Source: Chthoniobacteraceae bacterium (GTDB taxonomy: Bacteria; Verrucomicrobiota; Verrucomicrobiia; Chthoniobacterales; Chthoniobacteraceae). From it: a stretch of 37,299 nt of DNA. A program made the translations under genes and the position numbers. Within the stretch, counting starts at the first letter, position 1. Each line of letters starts with the position of its first letter. The stretch is taken from the NCBI GenBank assembly GCA_031409655.1, contig JANNXQ010000265.1, positions 1 through 37,299 on the forward strand. Reading direction: 5' to 3'. This document shows positions 22,606 through 30,922 of the stretch, in pieces. Under the pieces are notes generated by a model. It did not search any database. It saw only the letters and a program-made list of their open reading frames with translations, and was not told the origin of the DNA.

Positions 22606-22884
22606 TTACTTCAGCTTGGACTTGAGGTCTTTGCCAGCAGAAAATTTCACACTCTTCGAGGCCTTGATTTTGATCTTTTCGCCCGTCTTCGGGTTGATGC
22701 CCATGCGCGCCTTGCGGCTGGCGACTTTGAAAGTACCGAAGCCGACAAGCTGGACTGGCTTGCCCTTTTTCAGGCCGGACTTGATGCCGTCCACGACGGC
22801 TTCCACGGCGCGCTCAGCCTGAGCTTTGCTGGTTTCTTTTCCGAGAGATTTTTGAACGGTTTCGACGAGTTCGGCCTTATTCAT
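22606..22884 (-). CDS. hup: DNA-binding protein HU
   Basis: MNKAELVE...VQLVGFGTFKVASRKARMGINPKTGEKIKIKASKSVKFSAGKDLK. Start ATG 22884. Confidence 0.95.
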   Translation of the reverse strand: MNKAELVETVQKSLGKETSKAQAERAVEAVVDGIKSGLKKGKPVQLVGFGTFKVASRKARMGINPKTGEKIKIKASKSVKFSAGKDLKSKLK

Positions 22885-22949
22885 GAGTAGATCGTAGCTT
22901 GGGTGGTGAAGTTTGGTGGTGCTGAGGGGTGGCTCAGCAAACCGCGCGG

Positions 22950-22979
22950 AGTGTAGGGAGCGCATTAAATCGAAGTCAA
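22950..22979 (-). promoter_or_regulatory. Putative sigma70 promoter of hup
   Basis: TTGACT-N18-TACACT on the minus strand, about 65 bp upstream of the ATG. Confidence 0.55.
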
Positions 22980-23071
22980 CAAATTCTTGGGTAAAACATA
23001 CAAAAGTGCGCAATGCTTGAAATGGCGTGCTTTCGCGGACGATCCTGCGGCTCACAAAACATTTTTGACTC

Positions 23072-23629
23072 ATGTTATTCTCGACCCGTCTCGCGCGCTA
23101 CCTCGCGGCAAAACCGACCATCCACTCCACCGCTTTCGTCGCTCCCGGCGCGGTCGTCGTGGGCGATGTTTCGCTCGGTGAGGAGAGCAGTGTCTGGTTT
23201 CACACCACGCTCCGGGCGGACATCAATCGGATCGTCATCGGGCCGCGCACAAACATCCAGGATGGCGCGGTGATCCATCTCGCCGACGACTTCGGCACGC
23301 ACGTCGGTGAACTCGTGACGGTCGGTCACAAAGCGATCCTCCACGCCTGCACCGTTGCCGACGAAGTCCTCGTGGGAATGGGTGCGATCATTCTCGATGG
23401 CGCGGAGATCGGCGCGCGATCGATCATCGGCGCGGGCGCTCTCGTCACTGGCGGAAAAAAAATTCCACCCGGCTCGCTCGTGCTCGGCTCGCCAGCGAAG
23501 GTCGTGCGGGAGCTTTCTCTCGAGGAGCAAGCGGGCATCAAGGTCTGGGCCGAAAAATATGTGGCGCTGTCGCGGGCTTATCTCTCCGGTCACTTTGGCG
23601 ACTTCAGCAGCGGGCGCCACACCGATTAA
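23072..23629 (+). CDS. Gamma-carbonic anhydrase family protein (YrdA-like)
   Basis: Hexapeptide repeats; LRADINRI.IG..TNIQDGAVIH, TVGHKAILH (three metal-ligand His). Confidence 0.92.
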   Translation: MLFSTRLARYLAAKPTIHSTAFVAPGAVVVGDVSLGEESSVWFHTTLRADINRIVIGPRTNIQDGAVIHLADDFGTHVGELVTVGHKAILHACTVADEVLVGMGAIILDGAEIGARSIIGAGALVTGGKKIPPGSLVLGSPAKVVRELSLEEQAGIKVWAEKYVALSRAYLSGHFGDFSSGRHTD

Positions 23630-23686
23630 TTTGATTTCTCCACCTGACTTCCCGCACCTTCCCGCGCTCCCATCATCTTACCGCTC

Positions 23687-25072
23687 ATGACTACCCCGAT
23701 TCGACACGTACACTTCCTCGGCATCTGCGGGACCGCGATGGGCGCCGTCGCCGCAGCGATGCGCGCGCAAGGTTACGTCGTCACTGGCTCGGATACCGCC
23801 GTGTATCCGCCGATGTCCACTTTCCTCGAGGAGCGCGGGATCAAAATCACTCAAGGCTACCGGGCCGAAAATCTCCCCGCGAATGCGGACCTGATCGTCG
23901 TGGGCAACGCCATCTCCCGCGGAAACGAAGAGGTCGAGGCGGTGCTCAATCGGAAACTTTTCTACATGTCGCTGCCGGAAACCTTGCGACATTTTTTCCT
24001 CCGCGGCCGGCACAATCTCGTGGTCACCGGCACGCATGGAAAGACGACGACGACCGCGCTCCTCGCCTGGATCATGAAAAGCGCGGGGCTCGATCCGGCG
24101 TACATGATTGGTGGGATCGCGACGAATCTCGGGCAAGGCGCCAGCTTGCACGAATCGAAGTACGTCGTGCTGGAAGGGGACGAGTACGACACTGCGTTTT
24201 TCGACAAGCGTTCGAAGTTCGTCCACTACCTGCCGGAACTCGTGATCGTGAATAATCTGGAGTTCGATCACGCGGACATTTTCCCCGATCTCGAGGCGAT
24301 CAAGCTGAGCTTCCGGCGGCTGCTGAATATCGTGCCCAGCGAGGGAATGGTGCTCATCAATGGCGACGATGAAAATGCGATCGACGTGGCGCAGGGCTGC
24401 CGGGCGCAGCTCGTTGAGGTGGGCTTTTCGCCGAACGCCGCGCGGCACATCCGCGATGTTCACTATCACGAGACTGGGTCTGAATTTACGCTACTAGACA
24501 CGCGTTTCGCGACGCAGCTCGTGGGCGAGTACAATGTGCGGAATTGCGCGATGGCCGTGAGCGCGGCGCACTTTTACGGCGTGCCGCTTCCGGCGATCGT
24601 TGAGGCGCTGGCGAAATTCGAGGGTGTGAAGCGGCGCCAGGAAGTCCGCGGCACGGTGCGCGGGATTACGGTGATCGATGACTTCGGTCACCATCCGACG
24701 GCCATTCGCGAGACCCTGCGTGGGCTGCGGCATCAGTATCCGGGCCGCCGCCTGTGGGCGCTTTTCGAGCCGCGCTCGAATACCACCCGCCGCGCCATTT
24801 TTCAGGATGCGCTGCCCGCCGCACTCGCCGAAGCGGATGGCGTCATCCTCGCCGGCGTCGCGCGCATGGAGCAGCTCCAGCCCGAGGAGCGCTTGAATCC
24901 GGAGAAGGTCGTCGCCGACGTCGCGGCAAAAGGCCGGCTCGCTTTCTACGAACCAGGCGTCGATGCCATCATCGCGCGGCTGACGCCATTGGTGAAAGAG
25001 AAGGATGTCATCGTCGTGCTGAGCAATGGCGGCTTCGGCGACATCCACAAGCGGCTGCTTGCCGAGCTGTGA
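23687..25072 (+). CDS. mpl: UDP-MurNAc:L-Ala-gamma-D-Glu-mDAP ligase (murein peptide ligase)
   Basis: HFLGICGTAMG, VYPPMST, GTHGKTTT, EGDEYDTAFFDKRSKF, NLEFDHADIF, DDFGHHPTAI, EPRSNT, SNGGFG. Confidence 0.93.
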   Translation: MTTPIRHVHFLGICGTAMGAVAAAMRAQGYVVTGSDTAVYPPMSTFLEERGIKITQGYRAENLPANADLIVVGNAISRGNEEVEAVLNRKLFYMSLPETLRHFFLRGRHNLVVTGTHGKTTTTALLAWIMKSAGLDPAYMIGGIATNLGQGASLHESKYVVLEGDEYDTAFFDKRSKFVHYLPELVIVNNLEFDHADIFPDLEAIKLSFRRLLNIVPSEGMVLINGDDENAIDVAQGCRAQLVEVGFSPNAARHIRDVHYHETGSEFTLLDTRFATQLVGEYNVRNCAMAVSAAHFYGVPLPAIVEALAKFEGVKRRQEVRGTVRGITVIDDFGHHPTAIRETLRGLRHQYPGRRLWALFEPRSNTTRRAIFQDALPAALAEADGVILAGVARMEQLQPEERLNPEKVVADVAAKGRLAFYEPGVDAIIARLTPLVKEKDVIVVLSNGGFGDIHKRLLAEL

Positions 25073-25848
25073 CGCACAGCCCGCACGATTACCCGCACCT
25101 CGTCGCGCGCTGGCGCAAAGTTGCGACGCGCGCGGGCTTGCGCCTTCGCAAGCTGACGACGGCCGGCGGGTTCGATCATTTCTACCTGCAATCGCCGGCG
25201 CTCGTAGAAGACGGTGGCATCTACATCTCCGCGGGCATTCACGGAGATGAAGCCGCAGCCACCGAAGCGCTCGTCGCCTGGGCCGAGCGAAATGTCCGAA
25301 GGCTCAAGAAACTCCCCCTGCTGCTTGTCCCCTGCCTCAATCCATGGGGCCTCGCTTGCAACACTCGCTGCAACGGTGAAGGGCGCGATCTCAACCGCCT
25401 CTTTCACGATGAAAAAAACCCCGTCATCGGCGCGGTGCATCGGCTCATCGCCGGCCGCCGCTTTTCCCTCGCTCTGCAATTGCACGAAGACTACGACGGC
25501 CACGGCCTCTATCTCTACGAAGTCCAGCGCGGACGCGAGTGCTGGGGGGAAGCTCTGCTCGCCGCCGCCGCTCCACACATCACCATCGAACCGCGCCGTC
25601 GGATCGATGGCCGATCCGCGAAGGACGGTCTCATCCGACGGCGCATCGATCATCGGCGTTTCGCGCAGATCGGCTACCCGGAGGCTCTCTGGCTCCACAT
25701 GCATCACTCGCGGCGCACTTTCACCGTCGAGACGCCGTCGGAGTTTGCCCTGGAGGAACGAATCCGCGCGCAAGTCGCGATCATCGACGCCGCAGTCAGC
25801 ATGACAGTGAATGAATCGGCGAAAGGCGCGTCGTATCAGGATTCCTGA
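25069..25848 (+). CDS. M14-family zinc carboxypeptidase (MpaA/succinylglutamate desuccinylase-like)
   Basis: ISAGIHGDE, PCLNPWG...R.N..GRDLNR, LHED, TVETPS. GTG start overlaps the mpl stop (GTGA). Confidence 0.85.
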   Translation: MTHSPHDYPHLVARWRKVATRAGLRLRKLTTAGGFDHFYLQSPALVEDGGIYISAGIHGDEAAATEALVAWAERNVRRLKKLPLLLVPCLNPWGLACNTRCNGEGRDLNRLFHDEKNPVIGAVHRLIAGRRFSLALQLHEDYDGHGLYLYEVQRGRECWGEALLAAAAPHITIEPRRRIDGRSAKDGLIRRRIDHRRFAQIGYPEALWLHMHHSRRTFTVETPSEFALEERIRAQVAIIDAAVSMTVNESAKGASYQDS

Positions 25849-25904
25849 GCCGTCGAGCGCTCGCCGCCACCGCGAGCCGGACTCCGGTCAATCCTGCACC
25901 AACC

Positions 25905-26216
25905 GTGAAAACGTTCCTCCCCATCCTCTGCACCTTCGCACTCCTCGTCTGCGCCTCAGCAGACGACCAGCAATCGCCAAAGCCAACCGCCAGCCACCTG
26001 TTCCGCGTGCTCCTGCACGTGCCCGGCGTTCAGCGCACGCTCGACTACTGCGATGTCGTGAAAATTCACTCCTGCTCTCCGGAGTCGATCACCTTTGAGA
26101 CCTTCGATGGCTTCATCGTTGCTCATCAGGGCGTCTACACCTTGATCGGACCAAAGAGCGAACTACAAAACCGCAAAGGTGTGTTAGAAGGAGGCCGTTT
26201 CTTCGATCCGAAATAA
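25905..26216 (+). CDS. Small secreted hypothetical protein
   Basis: GTG start; signal peptide MKTFLPILCTFALLVCASA; ends 8 bp before the next gene. Confidence 0.65.
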   Translation: MKTFLPILCTFALLVCASADDQQSPKPTASHLFRVLLHVPGVQRTLDYCDVVKIHSCSPESITFETFDGFIVAHQGVYTLIGPKSELQNRKGVLEGGRFFDPK

Positions 26217-26224
26217 TCACCGAT

Positions 26225-28030
26225 ATGCATACCCACCCATCCATCGAAATCCTCGAATCCCGCATCGCCCCAGCCACCCTGCTTCCCGGTTCTCGCTCGG
26301 TTACCTACTTTGACGCGGATGGCGATAAGGTCACGGTGAGTATTTCCAAGGGGACTTTTGACCTGAATGCAGATTTCGACTTTAGCTCTCTGGGCAACGG
26401 CGCAGAGCAACTGCAGGTTCTGAATCTCGCCAATCAGACGGAATTCGATGGCGCGAATATTTCGATCACCGCGATCCCGTCGAAGGCGCTCCCAGATGAC
26501 CCATTTCGCGGAGACGGCGCCGTGAGCGTCGGCTACATCAATGCGACGGGCATCGATCTCGGCGTCGTGAATGTCCGCGGCGATCTCGGGGCGATCGACG
26601 CTGGGAATACGAATCTGAAAACGAGCGGCCTTAAGTCGCTGACGGTGCTTTCCCTTGGCGGCGAAGACACCCTCACGGGCGCGCCGGACTTGCTCAGCGA
26701 TATCGTCGGCCCGGTCGGTTCGATCCGCGTCACGGGGGACATCAGCGAGGCTACCCTCGCGATCACCGGCGGCACGTCGGGCACGCTCGGCTCGCTCTCG
26801 GTGGGCGGCTCGATCATCGGGGGTTTCGCCACAGACTCAGGGCAAATCGTGACTTCCGGCGCGGTCGGGACCGTCAAGATCGGCGGCGATCTGCTCGGTG
26901 GATCTGGCGACTCGTCGGGAGTGATTCAAGGGGATAAATTTGGCACCGTGACGATCGGCGGCGCGATCTCGGGTGGGGGCGGCTTCAATAGCGGCCAGGT
27001 CTTCGCGGGCTCCACGCTTTCGAGGATCACGGTGGGTGGCGCATTGATCGGTGCGGGCGGGCAATTCTCCGGCGTGATCTCGGCAGAATCGATCGGCTAT
27101 CTGAATATCGACGGCTCGGTGTTCGGGGGCAACGGCACGGATAGTGGAAAGATCGAAGCTGGAGGAAATATCGCATCGTTGCGGATCAGTGGCTCGCTGA
27201 ACGGCGGCGGGAGCACGAACACGGGCTTCATCTCCGTCGGCGGGACGCTTGGCGCGGCGACGATCCTCGGGAATATCTTTGGCGGCGACTCGGGGGGGGC
27301 GAACCAGCTCGAAAATAGCGGCTACATCGAAGCGGACCGGATCACGACGCTGACGATCGGTGGCTCGATCATCGCCGGGACAGACGGCGGCGGCGGCTTG
27401 CTCAATAGCGGTGCCATCCGCAGTCAAAACGACATCGGCACCCTGACGGTAAAAGGGAGCCTGGAAGGCAACGCGACCAATCCCGTCATCATCACCGCCG
27501 TCGGCCAGGTGCTGCCTTCTGGATCGACGGATATCGCGATCCGCACAGTCAACGTCCTCGGCCGGGTCTTTAATGCGGAAATCCTCGCGGGCTATTCGCC
27601 GGATCTCTCGAGTTCCTTCCTCGGCGAACCGGTCAATGCCGATGCGCAGATCGTGACCGTGAAAGTAGGCGGTGATTGGATCGCGAGCGATCTCATCGCG
27701 GGATTGGATTCCGGGGACGGATTTTTTGGCGATTTTAATGACTCGGTGATCGCTGGGCCCGGAACGACCGATCGCGCGGCCGTCGTTTCAAAGATTTCCA
27801 CAATCATCATCGGGGGTCGGGCGATTGGCACCGCTTCCAGTGGTGACGCCATCCGCTTTGGCTTAGGTGCCCAATACATTGTGAGCGTGAAGGTCGGCGG
27901 TGTGACTCCGCTCCAGCTTTTCGCAGGCAGAGGAAACGACACTTTCACCCTACTCGGCACCTACCCGCTCGGGACGACGCGGGGCACTTTCGGCGACGGC
28001 TTCGACGTCCACGTTTACGAAGTAGCGTAA
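26225..28030 (+). CDS. Gly-rich repetitive extracellular protein with N-terminal LEPR-XLL/Planc_extracel-like motif
   Basis: IEILESRIAPA, then TYFDADGDKVTV; degenerate repeats of about 27-28 aa (V.IGG.L.GG.G..SG.I). Confidence 0.8.
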   Translation: MHTHPSIEILESRIAPATLLPGSRSVTYFDADGDKVTVSISKGTFDLNADFDFSSLGNGAEQLQVLNLANQTEFDGANISITAIPSKALPDDPFRGDGAVSVGYINATGIDLGVVNVRGDLGAIDAGNTNLKTSGLKSLTVLSLGGEDTLTGAPDLLSDIVGPVGSIRVTGDISEATLAITGGTSGTLGSLSVGGSIIGGFATDSGQIVTSGAVGTVKIGGDLLGGSGDSSGVIQGDKFGTVTIGGAISGGGGFNSGQVFAGSTLSRITVGGALIGAGGQFSGVISAESIGYLNIDGSVFGGNGTDSGKIEAGGNIASLRISGSLNGGGSTNTGFISVGGTLGAATILGNIFGGDSGGANQLENSGYIEADRITTLTIGGSIIAGTDGGGGLLNSGAIRSQNDIGTLTVKGSLEGNATNPVIITAVGQVLPSGSTDIAIRTVNVLGRVFNAEILAGYSPDLSSSFLGEPVNADAQIVTVKVGGDWIASDLIAGLDSGDGFFGDFNDSVIAGPGTTDRAAVVSKISTIIIGGRAIGTASSGDAIRFGLGAQYIVSVKVGGVTPLQLFAGRGNDTFTLLGTYPLGTTRGTFGDGFDVHVYEVA

Positions 28031-28168
28031 GCCGCAAAGGACGCCCGCGGTCTCCGCTTGATCGCCGATCGCGCAGCGCTTGCGCCTGCCCGGAATCGGC
28101 GGCGCGATTGTGGAAATCCGAAAATGGAAATTGGAATTCCGCGCGGCTGTGTTCAGCCTCGCGCCCTT

Positions 28169-29071
28169 ATGGCCAAAGCCGCACTAGGCAAAGGACTCGG
28201 CGCGCTGATCAGCGCCCGGCCCGCCTCTCCGATCGTCTCGCCCACCCCGGTGGTGGAGCAGGGTGAGCGCGTGCAGATGGTCCCCATCGACCAAGTTTCC
28301 TCGAGCCCCTTTCAGCCGCGCACCGTCTTCCATCACGAGCAGCTTCGGGAGCTGGTCGATTCCATCAAGGAGCACGGCATCATCCAGCCGCTCATCGTGC
28401 GGAAACGCGGTGATCGCTTCGAACTCATCGCCGGCGAACGCCGCTGGCGCGCGGCCCAGCAGGTCGGTCTCGCGCAGGTGCCGCTCATTCTCCGCGAAGC
28501 CTCCGATCAGGATGTCCTCGAGATCGCGCTCATCGAAAATCTGCAGCGCGCAGATCTCAACCCGATCGAAGAAGCGAACGCCTTTGCCCGGCTGGCGCGC
28601 GAGTTTTCCCTCCGCCAGGAGGACATCGCGCAGAAGGTGGGAAAAAGCCGCGCCGCCGTGGCCAATAGCATGCGCCTCCTCGACCTCGATGGCGAAGTCC
28701 AGAACTGGCTCACGCAAGAGCGGATCAGCGTCGGCCATGCCAAGGTGCTGCTTTCGGTGAAGGCGCCGGAGGAGCAGCGAATCATCGCCGAGCAGATCAT
28801 CCGGCAATCGCTCACCGTGCGCGCCGCTGAGAAACTCGTGACCCAGCATTTTACGCAAAATGGCACGACGAAACCGACGCGCGGCCAGAGTTCCGCCCCG
28901 GCGCTCGCACCAGCGGTTCAGCACTTGCAAAATCGCCTCCAGCACCGCTTCGCGACCCACATCTCCGTGCAGCACGGCGAGAAGCGCGGACACATCGAGA
29001 TCGAGTACTACGGCAACGACGATCTCCAGCGCATCCTTGGCCTGCTCGGCCTCCAGCCAGAGGAGAGCTAA
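28169..29071 (+). CDS. parB: ParB/Spo0J chromosome partitioning protein
   Basis: LGKGLGALI, PFQPR, GIIQPL, IAGERRWRAA, ALIENLQRADLNPIEEA, HTH (QEDIAQKVGKSRAAVANSMRLL). Start ATG 28169. Confidence 0.95.
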   Translation: MAKAALGKGLGALISARPASPIVSPTPVVEQGERVQMVPIDQVSSSPFQPRTVFHHEQLRELVDSIKEHGIIQPLIVRKRGDRFELIAGERRWRAAQQVGLAQVPLILREASDQDVLEIALIENLQRADLNPIEEANAFARLAREFSLRQEDIAQKVGKSRAAVANSMRLLDLDGEVQNWLTQERISVGHAKVLLSVKAPEEQRIIAEQIIRQSLTVRAAEKLVTQHFTQNGTTKPTRGQSSAPALAPAVQHLQNRLQHRFATHISVQHGEKRGHIEIEYYGNDDLQRILGLLGLQPEES

Positions 29072-29074
29072 GCG

Positions 29075-30121
29075 GTGGCGACGACGAACGACGGCTCCTG
29101 TCCGAAGCGCGCGCGGGGCTCTTTTCTCAAGGGAAGCGCCGCCATCGGGATCGCGACCCTGACGCTGTTTTCCAGCAGCGCGTGCAAACGCCGCCCTCCC
29201 GCAACCGGCGAGACTCCCCGAGTCCCCGAGCCAGCGTCTCCGGTAGCTTCGCCGGCCGCACCAAAGCAGACGGGCCCTGCGGAAATTTGGAAGGAATTCT
29301 CGGGCGATCAGGCATTTGCGGAAGTTGTAAAGCAGGTGGAAGTCGGCCCCCGCCCCTCCGGTGCGCCGGAACTCGAAAAGGCGCGCATCTTGATCGATGA
29401 GGGCTTGCGCCGGGCCGGCTGGTCCGTCGAGCGGCAGACTTTCACCGACGAAACCCCACGCGGTCCGATCCAGTTCACGAATCTGATCGGTCGCTTCCCC
29501 AGCGCTGACGGCAAGCCCGCGCCGACCAATACCCAGCGGGCCATCATCTGCTCGCACTACGACACGAAACGCTTCAGCACCATCCGCTTCGTGGGCGCGA
29601 GCGACGGCGCCTCCAGCACCGGCGCGCTCATCGAACTCGCCCGCGTCCTCGCACTCGCCCCCGACCTCGCGGCGCAGATCGAACTCGTCTTCTTCGACGG
29701 CGAGGAAGCCATCGTGCAATTTGACGCCAAGGACGGCCTCTACGGCAGCCGCCACTACGCCAGCGAACTCCGCACCTCCGGACGCGCCGCAAGATTCAAG
29801 TTCGCCATCCTCTGGGACATGATCGGCGACCTCGACTACAGCATCACCCTGCCGCCCGATTCCCCACCCGCGCTCGCCGCCGGCATCTTCGCCTCCGCGG
29901 AAGCCCTCAAGGTGCGCGACTCCTTCCGCTACCTCGACCGGAACATCCTTGACGACCACGTCCCCCTGCAAACCATCGCCCGCATCCCGGCGATCAACCT
30001 GATCGACTTCGACTACCTCTACTGGCACACCGCCGATGACACGCTGGAGCGCATCGCCCCCGAGAGCCTGCAAAAGACTGGCGCCGTCACCCTGCACTAT
30101 CTCCGCCAGGCGCTAGAATAG
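29075..30121 (+). CDS. M28-family peptidase (glutaminyl cyclase-like), probably a lipoprotein
   Basis: SHYDTK, GASDGASSTG, FFDGEE, DMIGD, DDHVP, YWHTADD; possible lipobox SSAC. Confidence 0.88.
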   Translation: MATTNDGSCPKRARGSFLKGSAAIGIATLTLFSSSACKRRPPATGETPRVPEPASPVASPAAPKQTGPAEIWKEFSGDQAFAEVVKQVEVGPRPSGAPELEKARILIDEGLRRAGWSVERQTFTDETPRGPIQFTNLIGRFPSADGKPAPTNTQRAIICSHYDTKRFSTIRFVGASDGASSTGALIELARVLALAPDLAAQIELVFFDGEEAIVQFDAKDGLYGSRHYASELRTSGRAARFKFAILWDMIGDLDYSITLPPDSPPALAAGIFASAEALKVRDSFRYLDRNILDDHVPLQTIARIPAINLIDFDYLYWHTADDTLERIAPESLQKTGAVTLHYLRQALE

Positions 30122-30161
30122 CGGAGCACGCGAGTCGATGGATTGTCGCTTGGGGCATGCA

Positions 30162-30223
30162 CAAGGAGGAGCGGCGCCCTCGCCCCGAGTAGATCCTGGG
30201 GGCGAGGGCGCCCCTGCTCCTTG
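30162..30223. repeat. REP-like palindrome
   Basis: CAAGGAGGAGCGGCGCCCTCGCCCC / GGGGCGAGGGCGCCCCTGCTCCTTG, 25-bp arms with 2 mismatches. Confidence 0.7.
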
Positions 30224-30251
30224 AAAGCACCGGCCCACGCGGCATCATCCG

Positions 30252-30294
30252 GAAAGAAAAAGCGCCGCACTCCACTTTGGCGGAATGCGGCGCT
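30252..30294 (-). terminator. Rho-independent terminator of the EF-hand gene
   Basis: Minus strand AGCGCCGCATTCC-loop-GGAGTGCGGCGCT followed by TTTTCTTTC. Confidence 0.75.
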
Positions 30295-30326
30295 GGAGAT
30301 TTTCGGCACCAAGCCGAAAGCAGGGC

Positions 30327-30626
30327 TTACTTCTTCTTTCCGCCCTTGGCCATAAACTCTTCCTTGGTCACGGAGCCGTCTTTGTCCTTGTCCTTGGCCA
30401 TGAATTGCGCCTCGGTCTTGGCGGCGTCCTTGGCCTTGGCCATGAACTCATCCTTGGAGAGCTTGCCGTCGCTGTTCGCGTCCTTCTTGGCAAACATCGC
30501 AGCCGGATCGGCCTTTGGCTTGGCAGCGGCGTCAGCGCCAGCGGCAGCAGCGGGTTTCTTTTCGTCAGCAGCATTGAGGCTCAGGGAAAGAGCGAGCACA
30601 GCGGCGAGGGAGGTGAGGGTCTTCAT
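30327..30626 (-). CDS. Small secreted EF-hand protein
   Basis: Signal peptide; two EF-hand loops DANSDGKLSKDE and DKDKDGSVTKEE. Confidence 0.9.
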   Translation of the reverse strand: MKTLTSLAAVLALSLSLNAADEKKPAAAAGADAAAKPKADPAAMFAKKDANSDGKLSKDEFMAKAKDAAKTEAQFMAKDKDKDGSVTKEEFMAKGGKKK

Positions 30627-30922
30627 TTTAGTTCGTGGGTTTGTTTGTTTTTTGGTTTGTGGACCGGCCTCCTTTGGGGAGGCGCGAGTCGCGGATTTCG
30701 ATTAACGCTGGATGGACGGAGAAGTAGCAAATCAATTCATCAATCTGCGACCCGCCTCCCACTTCAGCACAGTGTCACAGCGCTCGCCCCGCAGTTTGCC
30801 CCATGATTTTCCGCAATCCTCGCGCGGCACTCCGGACTCTGCGCGGGCTGCGCTCCGGCGCAGGGGCCGCACTTTCCTCGCCAAGAAAGCGAAGCTGGCG
30901 GAGGTTGTGCGACCCGAATCCT

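Noticed and set aside
28031..28168. parS site upstream of parB
   Set aside because: No match to the GTTTCACGTGAAAC-type palindrome.
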